NCBI GenBank assembly: GCA_947631765.1
Contig: CANRMP010000003.1
Coordinates: 77,508-141,507 of the forward strand
DNA: 64,000 bases
Source of the DNA: an uncultured Clostridia bacterium
Lineage (GTDB): Bacteria > Bacillota > Clostridia > Oscillospirales > CAG-272
Reading direction: 5' to 3'
Shown here in pieces: positions 9,126-20,002 of the stretch (positions are counted from its first letter, which is position 1; each line of letters begins with the position of its first letter). The translations under genes and the position numbers were made by a program. The notes beneath the pieces are model-generated. The model did no database searches and was not told the DNA's origin. It saw only the letters and a program-made list of their open reading frames with translations.

Positions 9126-9178
9126 AACACAAAAATTCAAATTAAAATTGCCCACAGGGTAAAACGGAGAAAAACATT

Positions 9179-11812
9179 ATGAAAAAAGAACTGGTAAAGC
9201 AGTACGATCCCAAAAATATCGAGGACCGTCTGTATAAGTTTTGGTGCGACAAAGGATACTTTTCGCCCTCTCTTGACGACAACAAGCCGCCGTATTCAAT
9301 AGTCATTCCCCCTCCCAACGTAACCGGACAGCTCCACATGGGGCACGCCCTTGACGAAACTCTTCAGGACATACTTATTCGTTACAAGAGAATGCAGGGA
9401 TATTCCGCGCTTTGGCTGCCCGGAACGGATCACGCAGGAATTGCAACTCAGATAAAGGTTGAAGAAAGACTGAGAGTTGACGAAAAGCTGACAAGATACG
9501 ATCTCGGCAGAGAAAAATTTCTTCAAAGAGTTTGGGCGTGGAAGGACACGTACGAGGAAAGGATAACAAGCCAGCTTAAAAAGCTCGGCTCCTCCTGCGA
9601 CTGGAGCAGACAGCGCTTTACAATGGACGAAGGCTGTTCGAAGGCGGTCAGAGAGGTGTTTGTCAACCTATACAATAAAGGGCTTATTTACCGAGGATAC
9701 AGAATTATAAACTGGTGCCCGAGCTGCGTTACGGCCCTTTCGGACGCCGAGGTGGAATATACCGAACAGCCCGGCTTTTTCTGGCATATAAAATACCCTG
9801 TCAAGGGAAGCGACACCGAGTACGTTGAGGTTGCTACAACAAGACCGGAAACAATGTTCGGAGATACAGCAGTGGCTGTCAACCCGAACGACGAGACCAC
9901 AAAGCACCTTATCGGCAAAACGCTTATTTTGCCTATTGTGGGCAGAGAGATACCGGTCATTGCCGACGACTATGTTGAAATAGGCTTCGGAACGGGATGC
10001 GTGAAAATAACTCCCGCTCACGACCCCAACGACTTCCTTGTGGGACAGCGCCATAATCTTGAAATAATAAAGGTTATGAACGACGACGCCACAATGAACG
10101 AAAACGCCGGAAAATACGAAGGCATGGACAGATATGAGTGCCGACGGGCGCTGGTAAAGGACCTTGAAAACGAAGGATATCTTATAAAGACCGTACCTCA
10201 CACACACAACGTCGGAACCTGCTACCGCTGTCACAACACCGTCGAACCGATAACCTCCGATCAGTGGTTTGTCAAAATGGAACCGCTTGTCGGACCCGCG
10301 CTCGACGCCGTAAAGAACGGAGATATCGTCTTTGAGCCCGAGCGCTTTACAAAGATATATATTAATTGGATGGAAAATCTCCACGACTGGTGCATCTCGC
10401 GGCAATTATGGTGGGGACACCGAATACCCGCTTTTTACTGTGACGCTTGCGGCGAAATGACCGTTTCAAAGGAAGATATTACCGTATGTCCGAAATGCGG
10501 AGCACCGGTAAGGCAAGAGGAGGACGTGCTTGACACATGGTTCTCATCCGCCCTGTGGCCGTTTTCCACTCTCGGATGGCCTGAAAACACAAAGGAGCTT
10601 GAAAAATGGTATCCCACAAGCACCCTTGTCACGGGATATGACATAATTTCCTTCTGGGTGTCGAGAATGATCTTCTCCGCCTATGAGCACACGGGGAAAA
10701 AGCCCTTCTCCACAGTGTTTATACACGGACTTGTGCGCGACGCCGAGGGTAGAAAGATGTCAAAATCACTCGGCAACGGCATCGACCCGCTCGAAATAAT
10801 CGACGCCTACGGCGCGGACGCCTTGAGATTTGCCTTGGCGACCGGCAACTCGCCCGGAAACGACATGCGTTTTTCAAACGAAAAGATCGAAGCCGCCCGC
10901 AATTTCAACAACAAGATATGGAACGCGGCGCGTTTTGTGCTTATGAACCTGACAATTGAGGACGCCGCACTTCCCGAAATCGAGGAGCTTGAGCTTGAGG
11001 ACAGATGGATTATTTCAAGGTTCAACACTCTTGCAAAGGAAATGAACATCAATCTTGATAAATTTGAGCTCGGCATAGGACTTGCTAAAATTTACGACTT
11101 TATTTGGGACGTGTTCTGCGACTGGTATGTTGAGCTTGTCAAGCCGAGACTTGTTGAAAAAGACACAAAGTCGGGCATTGTTGCTCAGAATGTACTTGTG
11201 TATATCCTTTCGGGCGCCATGAAGCTGCTTCACCCCTATATGCCCTTTATCACCGAGGAGATTTGGTCCTCCCTGCCTCACACCGGCGAAAGCATTATGA
11301 TAAGCAGTTATCCTGCTTTTGACCCTTCCCTTTCCTTTGAAAAGGAAGAAAGGTGCATGGAGATACTCATCGACACCATAAGAAGTATCAGAAACCGCCG
11401 CGCGGAAATGGGGGTTGCGCCCTCAAGAAAAGCGTCTTTGCATATTATCAGCGACGAAAAAGAGGCGTTTAACGAAAAGACGGCTAAATTCTTTACAAAG
11501 CTTGCCTCTGCTTCAAGCGTCAGCATCGAAAGAAAATACGAAGATGAGAGCGCTGTGCAGATAGTCAACCCGTACGCTGTTGTATATATTCCCCTTTCCG
11601 ACCTTATCGACACCGAAAAGGAGATTGCCCGCCTTGAAGGAGAGAAGGCTAAGACGATACAGGAGATCGAAAGACTTGAAAAGAAGCTAAGTAACGCAGG
11701 CTTTGTTGCCAAGGCGCCCGAGGCTGTGGTAGCAGGAGAAAGGGCAAAGCTCGGCAAATACAAAGAGGCTTTGATAAAAACCGAAGAGGCAATAAAAAAA
11801 TTAAAAAAATAA
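9179..11812 (+). CDS. valS: Valine--tRNA ligase
   Basis: [29 protein letters not shown]-terminal coiled coil. Confidence 0.98.
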   Translation: MKKELVKQYDPKNIEDRLYKFWCDKGYFSPSLDDNKPPYSIVIPPPNVTGQLHMGHALDETLQDILIRYKRMQGYSALWLPGTDHAGIATQIKVEERLRVDEKLTRYDLGREKFLQRVWAWKDTYEERITSQLKKLGSSCDWSRQRFTMDEGCSKAVREVFVNLYNKGLIYRGYRIINWCPSCVTALSDAEVEYTEQPGFFWHIKYPVKGSDTEYVEVATTRPETMFGDTAVAVNPNDETTKHLIGKTLILPIVGREIPVIADDYVEIGFGTGCVKITPAHDPNDFLVGQRHNLEIIKVMNDDATMNENAGKYEGMDRYECRRALVKDLENEGYLIKTVPHTHNVGTCYRCHNTVEPITSDQWFVKMEPLVGPALDAVKNGDIVFEPERFTKIYINWMENLHDWCISRQLWWGHRIPAFYCDACGEMTVSKEDITVCPKCGAPVRQEEDVLDTWFSSALWPFSTLGWPENTKELEKWYPTSTLVTGYDIISFWVSRMIFSAYEHTGKKPFSTVFIHGLVRDAEGRKMSKSLGNGIDPLEIIDAYGADALRFALATGNSPGNDMRFSNEKIEAARNFNNKIWNAARFVLMNLTIEDAALPEIEELELEDRWIISRFNTLAKEMNINLDKFELGIGLAKIYDFIWDVFCDWYVELVKPRLVEKDTKSGIVAQNVLVYILSGAMKLLHPYMPFITEEIWSSLPHTGESIMISSYPAFDPSLSFEKEERCMEILIDTIRSIRNRRAEMGVAPSRKASLHIISDEKEAFNEKTAKFFTKLASASSVSIERKYEDESAVQIVNPYAVVYIPLSDLIDTEKEIARLEGEKAKTIQEIERLEKKLSNAGFVAKAPEAVVAGERAKLGKYKEALIKTEEAIKKLKK

Positions 11813-11841
11813 TCCCAGTTGCGACATTTTTTTCGCTTGAG

Positions 11842-11885
11842 ATATGGTATTCTGCTTTTAGCAGAATACCATATTTTTGTTTTAT
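11842..11885 (+). terminator. valS terminator
   Basis: ATATGGTATTCTGCT/AGCAGAATACCATAT stem followed by a T tract. Confidence 0.75.
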
Positions 11886-11918
11886 GGTAAAATAATAAAG
11901 TACAGGAGGAAAAACACA

Positions 11919-12266
11919 ATGGATACGGCGGGCGTTCGCTGCGAAATGAAAAACAATCATCTTCTTATCAATATCGAAGGAGACATAGACCATCACAGCG
12001 CAAAATACATCAGAGACGAGATAGACAGGGCAATATTTCTTTTTAGACCGATGAGCGCGGTTCTTGACCTTTCATCGGTAACCTTTATGGATTCATCCGG
12101 GCTCGGGTTGATACTCGGAAGATATACCCGAATGAAGGAGACAGGAGGAATTTTGAAAATCGTAAATCCCTCAAAGGAGATCCAGAAAATACTTTATCTT
12201 GCCGGTCTTGAAAAGTACATTCCCATAATTAAAAATCAGGAAACACTCATAAAAAAATCGCAATAA
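11919..12266 (+). CDS. spoIIAA: Anti-sigma-F antagonist SpoIIAA
   Basis: GDIDHHSA and FMDSSGLGLILGRY; AGGAGG RBS. Confidence 0.93.
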   Translation: MDTAGVRCEMKNNHLLINIEGDIDHHSAKYIRDEIDRAIFLFRPMSAVLDLSSVTFMDSSGLGLILGRYTRMKETGGILKIVNPSKEIQKILYLAGLEKYIPIIKNQETLIKKSQ

Positions 12267-12280
12267 AATAACGGAGAATA

Positions 12281-12721
12281 ATGAATATGAAAACCAAACG
12301 TATCAACAAAATCGAAATAAAAATACCCGCCCTGTCGAAGAACGAAAGCCTTGCAAGACAGATAGTGTGTTCTTTTGCTTCCCAGCTTGACCCCACTGTG
12401 GAGGAGATAGGAGACCTCAGAGTGATAATATCGGAGGCGGTAACAAACTGCGTGGTTCACGCATATCGCCTCTCGGGCGGATATATATACATAAGCGCCG
12501 GACTTTACGACAACAACAGCATTAAAATCAGGATACGCGACACCGGGTGCGGAATCGAGGACATTGAAAAATGTATGCAGCCTTTTTTCACCACGGATCC
12601 CGCCGGTGAGCGCGGCGGAATGGGGCTGCCCATTATGAAAGAGCTTTCGGACAAGTTCAAGGTGGTCTCAACGCCCGGGAAAGGAACGACTGTCACTCTG
12701 TGCAAAAAATTCGGCGCTTAA
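12281..12721 (+). CDS. spoIIAB: Anti-sigma-F factor SpoIIAB
   Basis: NESLAR, SEAVTNCVVHAY, D.GCGI, ERGGMG HATPase motifs. Confidence 0.95.
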   Translation: MNMKTKRINKIEIKIPALSKNESLARQIVCSFASQLDPTVEEIGDLRVIISEAVTNCVVHAYRLSGGYIYISAGLYDNNSIKIRIRDTGCGIEDIEKCMQPFFTTDPAGERGGMGLPIMKELSDKFKVVSTPGKGTTVTLCKKFGA

Positions 12722-12747
12722 ATCCAAGTGTTTCGGGGTGGTATTTA

Positions 12748-13458
12748 TTGGTTGACAACAATTTACTCATTTCAAAGGTCAGAGACGGGGACAGCTCCGC
12801 CCTTGAAGAGCTGGTAAAAAGCAACATGGGACTTGTACGCAGCGTCGCCATGCGCTTTCGGGACAGGGGAACGGAATATGAGGATCTTATTCAAATAGGC
12901 TCGATAGGTCTGCTCAGAGCCGCCCGCTCCTTTGATTTTTCCTACGGGTGTATGTTCTCCACATACGCAGTCCCGCTTATCATCGGCGAAATAAGGAGAT
13001 TTCTCCGCGACGACGGTATTCTCAAAATAAGCCGTACTCTTAAAAGCAAGGGGGCTTTTGCCATGCGGGAGAGAGAAAAATTCATTTCGGATAATTCAAG
13101 AGAACCGACCCTTTTTGAGCTTGCCGAAATATGCCATATGGAAAGCGAGGAGCTTATCTCGGCGCTTGAAGCTGTCTCGCCCATTCATTCCCTTTCGGAA
13201 AGCATCGGGGAGGACGGTTCAACAACGCTTGAAAGCTTTATTGCCGACAACGAAAACACGCTTGATACCCTTACCGACAGTATCGCCCTGCACGAGGCGC
13301 TTTCAAAGCTCACCCCCTTTCAGCAGCGGATAGTCGAGCTTCGCTATTTTAAGGAGCTTTCCCAGCAAAAAACCGGACAAATTCTCGGTATAACTCAGGT
13401 TAAGGTTTCAAGGGAAGAGAAGAAAATACTGCAAACGTTAAGAAGCTATCTGCCATGA
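12748..13458 (+). CDS. sigF: Sporulation sigma factor F
   Basis: EDLIQIG.IGL, FSTYAVPLIIGEIRRFLRDDG, QVKVSREEKK; third gene of the spoIIA operon; TTG start inferred. Confidence 0.9.
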   Translation: MVDNNLLISKVRDGDSSALEELVKSNMGLVRSVAMRFRDRGTEYEDLIQIGSIGLLRAARSFDFSYGCMFSTYAVPLIIGEIRRFLRDDGILKISRTLKSKGAFAMREREKFISDNSREPTLFELAEICHMESEELISALEAVSPIHSLSESIGEDGSTTLESFIADNENTLDTLTDSIALHEALSKLTPFQQRIVELRYFKELSQQKTGQILGITQVKVSREEKKILQTLRSYLP

Positions 13459-13525
13459 TTTTGCCTAAAAGACCCATAAAAAAGGACGCATATATCGGCA
13501 AATATCACTTTTTTTCAAATAGTAC

Positions 13526-13554
13526 TTGACAAATGCGGATTTATTCTATATAAT
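13526..13554 (+). promoter_or_regulatory. Sigma-A promoter
   Basis: Perfect TTGACA-17-TATAAT. Confidence 0.85.
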
Positions 13555-13609
13555 GTGCTTTGTGCCGTATCATGGCATGATCACTGAAGATTTAAAAAGG
13601 CGGTGCGAT

Positions 13610-14107
13610 ATGCTGATAAATCTCGGTCCAATCCTTTGCGGTGAAACAGACAAGATAAGCTTTGATTATAAGACCGACAGCCCTGAGGATTTTGACGACA
13701 TTCATTTTACAGACGCCGTTTCGGTAAGCGGCAATATTGTGAATATGGCGGGATATATAAGCCTCACTCTCAAAGCATCGGTGCCATTCTCCACTCACTG
13801 CGCCCGTTGCTGGAAGGAAATAAATTCGGTGTTCAATTTGGATTTTTGCAAGGGAATAGCCGCGAAAAACACCCTTCAAAACGAGGATACGGACGATTAT
13901 CTCATTATGAAAAACGATTCTGTGGATATCGACACTCCGCTTGGCGAGGCAATTTTGCTGAGCTTTCCGATAACCTTTCTCTGCAAAGAGGATTGCAAGG
14001 GACTTTGTCCTATGTGCGGAGAGGATCTGAATGAGGGAGAATGCAACTGCGTCAAAAAAGAAATCGATCCGAGACTGGAGATTTTGAAAAAACTACTTGA
14101 CAAATGA
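13610..14107 (+). CDS. DUF177/YceD family protein
   Basis: CARC, LCKEDCKGLCPMCG, IDPRL motifs; upstream of rpmF. Confidence 0.92.
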   Translation: MLINLGPILCGETDKISFDYKTDSPEDFDDIHFTDAVSVSGNIVNMAGYISLTLKASVPFSTHCARCWKEINSVFNLDFCKGIAAKNTLQNEDTDDYLIMKNDSVDIDTPLGEAILLSFPITFLCKEDCKGLCPMCGEDLNEGECNCVKKEIDPRLEILKKLLDK

Positions 14108-14167
14108 TAAAAAGTGTTTTATAATTGACATAGGTATGTAACTTGGATAATACAGGAGGTGTGCACA

Positions 14168-14350
14168 ATGGCTGTACCGAAGAGGAAAGTATCAAAAGCA
14201 AGACGCGATAAGAGACGCTCAAGTGTCTGGAAGCTGGAAACACCAAGCATGCAGAAATGCCCTAAATGCGGCGCATATGTTTTAACACATAGAGTTTGTA
14301 AGGCTTGCGGAACATATAACGGCAAAGAAATTCTTAAAATTAATGCTTAA
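14168..14350 (+). CDS. rpmF: 50S ribosomal protein L32
   Basis: [30 protein letters not shown]. Confidence 0.97.
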   Translation: MAVPKRKVSKARRDKRRSSVWKLETPSMQKCPKCGAYVLTHRVCKACGTYNGKEILKINA

Positions 14351-14434
14351 AAGGGCGTGTGGCATGTTTCAGGTGTTTATTTGAAACATGCCTTTCTTGT
14401 TAAAAGCCGGACAGCGGCGGAAAGGCAAAACCAT

Positions 14435-15754
14435 ATGGTAACAGTCAAAGCGGTAAAGGACGGTTCCCCCGCACAAAAGAAAGGCGTTCTGCCGGGGGAC
14501 ATCATTATTTCAATAAACGGTAATAATATCACGGATATTCTCGACTACCGCTTCTACATTACCGAAAGAAAGGTAAGGCTCCTTATACACCGTGGTCCCG
14601 AGCTTATAAGCATAAGCATCACAAAAGACGAATATGACGACATCGGGCTTGACTTTGAAAGCTTCCTTATGGACAAAAAACAATCATGCTCGAATAAATG
14701 CATTTTCTGCTTTATCGATCAGCTCCCGAAAGGCATGAGAGAATCGCTTTATTTTAAGGACGATGATTCCCGCCTTTCCTTTCTTATGGGAAATTATATA
14801 ACTCTCACCAATATGAAGGACGAGGATATTGACCGGATAATAAAAATGCGCATGAGCCCGATTAACATTTCGGTGCATACGACAAATCCCGACCTGCGCT
14901 GCAAAATGCTGAACAACCGCTTTGCCGGAGAGAAGCTAAGATACCTTAAAATCCTTGCAAACGCGGGAATTTTCATTAACTGTCAGATAGTACTTTGCAA
15001 AGGGGTTAACGATAAGGACGAGCTTATAAAAACCATTCTTGACCTTGAAGCGCTGGGTACTTATGTTCAAAGCGTGGCAGTCGTACCCGCAGGCCTTACA
15101 AAATATCGGGAAGGACTTTATAATCTTTCTCAGTTTTCTCCGAGCGAGAGTCGTGAGGTTATTGACACAGTAAACAGGCTGGGAGAAAAATTCAAAGAAA
15201 AACGGGGAGAGCGGTTTTGCTACTGCTCGGACGAGTTTTTCCTTCTTGCCCAGAGAGCGCTTCCCGACGCCGATTATTACGAAGACTATCCTCAGCTTGA
15301 CAACGGCGTGGGACTTATCACCTCAATGAGAGACGAGTTTTACGAGGAGATAAAATATATCGAAGAAGACTTTGACAAAGACAAGCGCCTGTCCTTTTCA
15401 ATTGCCACAGGAGAGGCTGCCTATAGCTTTATTTGTGAAATAACAAGCGAGCTTTGCAGACTTTGCCCCGGGCTTTCGGGAAGGGTATATAAAATCCGAA
15501 ACGACTTTTTCGGAGAAAGCGTCACGGTTGCGGGACTTGTTTGCGGGTGCGACCTTATCGGGCAGCTTTCAGACAAGGAGTTAAACGAGGTGCTCTTTAT
15601 TCCCTCCGTCATGCTTCGCTCCGAGGGGGACCTCTTTCTTGACGGCGTGTCGCTTAACGATGTTCGGGAAAAGCTGAAATTGCCTATTGTGCCCTTAGAG
15701 CCAAGCGGTCGGGGATTTATCGAAGGCATTATGAACTACGAAAAGAAAAACTGA
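14435..15754 (+). CDS. PDZ + radical SAM-like + DUF512 protein
   Basis: GSPA..GVLPGD PDZ; CSNKCIFC; KDDDSRLSFL.GNYITLTN; YPQLDNGVG. Confidence 0.9.
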   Translation: MVTVKAVKDGSPAQKKGVLPGDIIISINGNNITDILDYRFYITERKVRLLIHRGPELISISITKDEYDDIGLDFESFLMDKKQSCSNKCIFCFIDQLPKGMRESLYFKDDDSRLSFLMGNYITLTNMKDEDIDRIIKMRMSPINISVHTTNPDLRCKMLNNRFAGEKLRYLKILANAGIFINCQIVLCKGVNDKDELIKTILDLEALGTYVQSVAVVPAGLTKYREGLYNLSQFSPSESREVIDTVNRLGEKFKEKRGERFCYCSDEFFLLAQRALPDADYYEDYPQLDNGVGLITSMRDEFYEEIKYIEEDFDKDKRLSFSIATGEAAYSFICEITSELCRLCPGLSGRVYKIRNDFFGESVTVAGLVCGCDLIGQLSDKELNEVLFIPSVMLRSEGDLFLDGVSLNDVREKLKLPIVPLEPSGRGFIEGIMNYEKKN

Positions 15755-15790
15755 AAAGAAAGGAGCCTTGCAAAAGGCGCTGATACAGAT

Positions 15791-17125
15791 ATGTCAAAAC
15801 CTATCGTGGCTATCGTTGGACGGCCTAACGTAGGCAAATCCACCCTTTTCAACAAGCTTGCCGGCGAGCGAATAGCCATAGTTGAGGACACTCCGGGCGT
15901 CACGCGCGACAGGATATACTATGAGATTGTGTGGTCGGGCAGACCGTGCATGATTATCGACACCGGAGGAATCGAGCCCAAAACAAACGACACAATACTT
16001 GTGCAAATGCGCGCTCAGGCGGAAATTGCAATTGAGACTGCCGACGTTATAATTTTCATGTGCGACGTGCGCACCGGACTTACGGCAGACGACAGAGACA
16101 TTGCAAGAATGCTCATTAAATCCGGAAAGCCTGTTGTTGTGGCAGTGAACAAAATCGACGGAGTCGGCGCGCTTCCCGCCGAATACTATGAATTTTACGA
16201 GCTTGGCTTTAAAGGTGACCCTGTTCCCCTTTCCTCAATTCACGGCACGGGGACGGGCGACCTGCTTGACGCGGTCTACGCCTGTTTTCCGCCCGATGAC
16301 AGCGAGGAGGAAGACTCAAGCGACCTTATAAAGGTTGCGGTTATCGGCAAGCCCAACGCCGGAAAAAGCTCTATTATAAACAAAATTCTCGGAGAGGATC
16401 GCCTTATAGTTTCAAACATTGCCGGCACCACAAGAGACGCTGTCGATACCGAGTTTGAAAACGAATACGGTAAATTCACCTTTATTGACACCGCCGGCAT
16501 TCGCCGCCAAAGCAAGGTGGATAATAAAATAGAAAAATACAGTGTGCTTCGCGCAAAAACGGCTGTGGAAAGGGCAAACGTCTGTCTTATAATGATTGAC
16601 GCCGCCGAGGGGATAACCGAGCAGGACGAAAAGATTGCCGGCATTGCCCATGAGGCGGGAAAAGCCTCGATAATTATCGTCAACAAATGGGACCTTGTGG
16701 AAAAGGACAACAATACGGTAAAAAGCTTTACCGACAAGATAAGAACCGCCCTGTCCTATATGCCTTACGCGCCGATAATTTTTGTCTCTGCCAAAACCGG
16801 GCAAAGAATCGACAAAATATTCGAGCTGATTTTTCGCGTATATTCGGCGGCTTGTCTGCGCGTCACAACGGGTATGCTCAACGATATGCTTGCCGACGCA
16901 ACCGCAAGAGTTCAGCCGCCTTCCGACAAGGGCAGAAGGCTGAAAATATACTATATTACGCAGACGGCGGTCTGTCCCCCGACCTTCGTTTTCTTTTGCA
17001 ACGATATAAGACTGTTCCATTTTTCATATGAGCGGTATCTTGAAAATCAGCTTCGTCAGACCTTCGGCTTTGAAGGTACCCCGATAAAGATTATTTTAAG
17101 ACAACGGGGCGATAACGAGGGGTAA
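15791..17125 (+). CDS. der: Ribosome biogenesis GTPase Der
   Basis: Two G domains (GRPNVGKS, GKPNAGKS) and a KH-like C-terminus. Confidence 0.97.
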   Translation: MSKPIVAIVGRPNVGKSTLFNKLAGERIAIVEDTPGVTRDRIYYEIVWSGRPCMIIDTGGIEPKTNDTILVQMRAQAEIAIETADVIIFMCDVRTGLTADDRDIARMLIKSGKPVVVAVNKIDGVGALPAEYYEFYELGFKGDPVPLSSIHGTGTGDLLDAVYACFPPDDSEEEDSSDLIKVAVIGKPNAGKSSIINKILGEDRLIVSNIAGTTRDAVDTEFENEYGKFTFIDTAGIRRQSKVDNKIEKYSVLRAKTAVERANVCLIMIDAAEGITEQDEKIAGIAHEAGKASIIIVNKWDLVEKDNNTVKSFTDKIRTALSYMPYAPIIFVSAKTGQRIDKIFELIFRVYSAACLRVTTGMLNDMLADATARVQPPSDKGRRLKIYYITQTAVCPPTFVFFCNDIRLFHFSYERYLENQLRQTFGFEGTPIKIILRQRGDNEG

Positions 17126-17150
17126 ACCCCAAAATAGCAGGAGATCTACA

Positions 17151-17990
17151 ATGACTCGGATTTATCAGTTTTTTTTCAACAATATCTCGCCTGAGGGTAT
17201 CCTGTTTGATATTTTCAAGGTAACTGTTGCCGACAACGAGGTGGTAGTCAACTCGGGTTTAATAATGTTAATGCTTCTTGCCCTTCTATGGGTTGCGGCG
17301 TCATATTTGCTCGGCAGTCTGAACTTTTCGATAATCATATCAAAGCATGTATATCATGACGACGTGCGTAGGCACGGGAGCGCAAACGCCGGAACCTCAA
17401 ACATGCAGCGCACCTACGGCAACAAGGCGGGGGCGATAACCCTTATATGCGATATTGCCAAGGGAATTGTTGCAGTCCTTGTCGCAAGAGTGCTGTTCGG
17501 AGAGAATATCGCCTACCTTTCGGGTAGTGCCTGCATTGTGGGACACTGTTTTCCCTGCTTTTTCTCATTCAAGGGCGGAAAAGGAGTCGCAACCTCAATT
17601 GCCGTCATTCTGACGCTAAATCCCATAGTTGCGCTCGCTCTCATTCTTGTATTCGGCATTATTGTTCTCGGTACGAAATACATTTCCTTGGGCTCGGTCG
17701 TTTGCGCCTTTCTCTTTCCGATATTCCTTGACAGATACTATGCAATTCTAAACAGCACCGGCGTTATAGAGTTCGGCTCTCCTACCCTGCTTATGACGCT
17801 TTGCAGTATTTTTATCGCATGTCTTGTGTTTTTCAGGCATTGGGGAAATATCAAAAAACTGCTTAACGGAACCGAAAACAAGCTCTCCTTTAAGAAGAAA
17901 AACAAGAGATACGCATCGGGTGATGATGACGACGAGAACAAAAAAGCGCCGCCACGAAGCCTTCATAACATAGATGACGAGGACGAGTAA
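17151..17990 (+). CDS. plsY: Glycerol-3-phosphate acyltransferase PlsY
   Basis: YLLGS, GSANAGTSNM.R, GH.FP...FKGGKGVAT, RHWGNI. Confidence 0.93.
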   Translation: MTRIYQFFFNNISPEGILFDIFKVTVADNEVVVNSGLIMLMLLALLWVAASYLLGSLNFSIIISKHVYHDDVRRHGSANAGTSNMQRTYGNKAGAITLICDIAKGIVAVLVARVLFGENIAYLSGSACIVGHCFPCFFSFKGGKGVATSIAVILTLNPIVALALILVFGIIVLGTKYISLGSVVCAFLFPIFLDRYYAILNSTGVIEFGSPTLLMTLCSIFIACLVFFRHWGNIKKLLNGTENKLSFKKKNKRYASGDDDDENKKAPPRSLHNIDDEDE

Positions 17991-18040
17991 GCTGCAAGCT
18001 TATAAAATCTCAGCTTTTTTGAAAATTTTTATAAAAACTC

Positions 18041-18069
18041 TTGCATTTTTTAAAACTGCGTGTTATAAT
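18041..18069 (+). promoter_or_regulatory. Sigma-A promoter of rpmB
   Basis: TTGCAT-17-TATAAT with TG. Confidence 0.75.
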
Positions 18070-18124
18070 AGGCAGTGCTGACTTTGTAATTAATAATGTA
18101 GATATATAAATGGAGGTGTAGAGT

Positions 18125-18310
18125 ATGGCAAAATGTGAACTCTGCGGAAAGAGCGTTGTCTTCGGACTTGCCGTATCGCATTCAAACCGCAAAACCAACA
18201 GACAGTGGAAACCCAACATAAGAAAAGTAAAAGCCAACGTCAACGGCACACACAAGACCGTGAGCGTATGCTCGCGTTGCCTGCGTTCGGGTAAAATCCA
18301 GCGTGTATAA
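18125..18310 (+). CDS. rpmB: 50S ribosomal protein L28
   Basis: MAKCELCGK...VSHSNRKTNRQWKPNI...CSRCLRSG. Confidence 0.97.
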   Translation: MAKCELCGKSVVFGLAVSHSNRKTNRQWKPNIRKVKANVNGTHKTVSVCSRCLRSGKIQRV

Positions 18311-19085
18311 CGCGCAAAAATTGCATAACAGTGCGGCAAAAACGGATGGAACACAGTTCCGTCCGTGTCTGTTTTGTAATAAAGATTTGCCAAAGCATAT
18401 AAAACGCCGTCTTTGCGACAATTTCAATTTCAGAGTCATTTCCCTTCCGGAATTTGAAAAGCTTGAAAAGCCCGTCGCGGCGCACCCTGATATGCTGCTA
18501 TTTAAATATAAAAGCTCTCTTATAATGCATAGCGACTATTTCAAGGCAAATTCTTCCATTTTCGACTTTTTATCCCTTGATATTGTCCTTTCAAACGAGC
18601 CGATTTCTGCAAAATATCCAAACGACGTGCGCTTTAACGCTTTTTTTATGGGGGACACTCTCTTTTGCAGAAAAGACAGTATCTCGCGCTGTATTTTAAA
18701 CCTTTTTGAAAAAAGAGCGTATGTTAATCAGGGATATGCGGCGTGCTCGGTCTGCAAGGTCGACCAAACGCATTTAATAACCGCCGACAAAGGCATTGCC
18801 AAGGCGGCAAGCGAGCGCGGCTTTTTTCCGCTTCTCATAAGTCCCGGAAATATAATCCTTAAAGGATATGACTGCGGCTTTATCGGAGGCGCCTCGTTTG
18901 CAAGCGACAGCGGCGTGTTTTTTTTCGGGAATATCGATAAGCACCCCGACGGCGAGCGGATAAAAAGCTTTATAAAAGAGTGCGGCAAGGGCTGTATTTC
19001 CCTTTCAGACGACTGCCTTTGCGATTTCGGAGGCGCTCTGATTATTGACACAAGCGTACAGAAAAAAACGCCTTTTGCAACATAA
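18303..19085 (+). CDS. DUF6873-like (GME/amidinotransferase-fold) protein; start uncertain
   Basis: HPDM, YPNDV.FN, VNQGYAACS, ITADKGI, GYDCGFIGGA, DFGG motifs. Confidence 0.7.
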   Translation: MYNAQKLHNSAAKTDGTQFRPCLFCNKDLPKHIKRRLCDNFNFRVISLPEFEKLEKPVAAHPDMLLFKYKSSLIMHSDYFKANSSIFDFLSLDIVLSNEPISAKYPNDVRFNAFFMGDTLFCRKDSISRCILNLFEKRAYVNQGYAACSVCKVDQTHLITADKGIAKAASERGFFPLLISPGNIILKGYDCGFIGGASFASDSGVFFFGNIDKHPDGERIKSFIKECGKGCISLSDDCLCDFGGALIIDTSVQKKTPFAT

Positions 19086-19118
19086 ACGGCGGCAATTATT
19101 TAATATAATTATAATATC

Positions 19119-19838
19119 ATGAAAAGAAACGGCAGAACTCAGAAAAAAATCAAAAACAAAGAGTATTTCAAGTCAAAGCGCGCTCTAAAATGGGTGCTAA
19201 TTTCCGCTGTGTGTTTAGCTTTGCTGCTTTCACTTGCTCTTGTTTTTATATATTCCTTTATCTCGTTTTCCACAAAAGGACGGATATACGACACCGATTA
19301 TAAAGAGAGCGGCTATGACTGTATCTTAATTCTCGGAGCCAAGGTATACAACAACAAGCCGAGCGAAATGCTCCAAGACAGGCTTGACGCAGGCGCTATG
19401 CTGTATTATAACGGAGTGGCAAAAAAGATAATTGTCAGCGGCGACCACGGGCAGGATGAATACGATGAGGTAAACGTCATGAAAAGTTACCTCATGAATC
19501 TCGGTATTCCGGACAGCGATATCTTTATGGACCACGCGGGTTTTTGCACATACGACAGCGTATACCGCGCCTCATACATATTCGGAGCCAAAAAAATGGT
19601 GATAGTTACCCAAGAGTTTCACCTGCCCAGAGCCATGTTTATTGCCGATATGTATAACATCGACTGCGTTGGAGTTTCTGGCGACCTTCACACTTATGCC
19701 GGCGTTGAATACAATTACATAAGAGAGATACCCGCAAGAATAAAGGATTTTCTTCTTGTATTGTTTTCCTCAAAGCCCAAATATATGGGGGAAACCATAG
19801 ATTTAAGCTCCGATGCCTCTGTTACTAACGACAAATGA
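19119..19838 (+). CDS. SanA/YdcF (DUF218) family protein
   Basis: ILGA, MLQDRL, VSGD, DHAGF.TYDS, TQEFHLPRA, RE. Confidence 0.9.
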   Translation: MKRNGRTQKKIKNKEYFKSKRALKWVLISAVCLALLLSLALVFIYSFISFSTKGRIYDTDYKESGYDCILILGAKVYNNKPSEMLQDRLDAGAMLYYNGVAKKIIVSGDHGQDEYDEVNVMKSYLMNLGIPDSDIFMDHAGFCTYDSVYRASYIFGAKKMVIVTQEFHLPRAMFIADMYNIDCVGVSGDLHTYAGVEYNYIREIPARIKDFLLVLFSSKPKYMGETIDLSSDASVTNDK

Positions 19839-20002
19839 CAAATATTACTTATAATAATGTGCCTCTGTTCGCAAATATTAATTTTTGACGGGTTTTTGCC
19901 TGTCTTAAATATCAAAACAATATTGCCGTTTAAAAAAAGCGGCACTTGTTTTTCACGTGTTATAGCACATTTTGTAATAATAAGAGAAAGGATGTTAATA
20001 CC

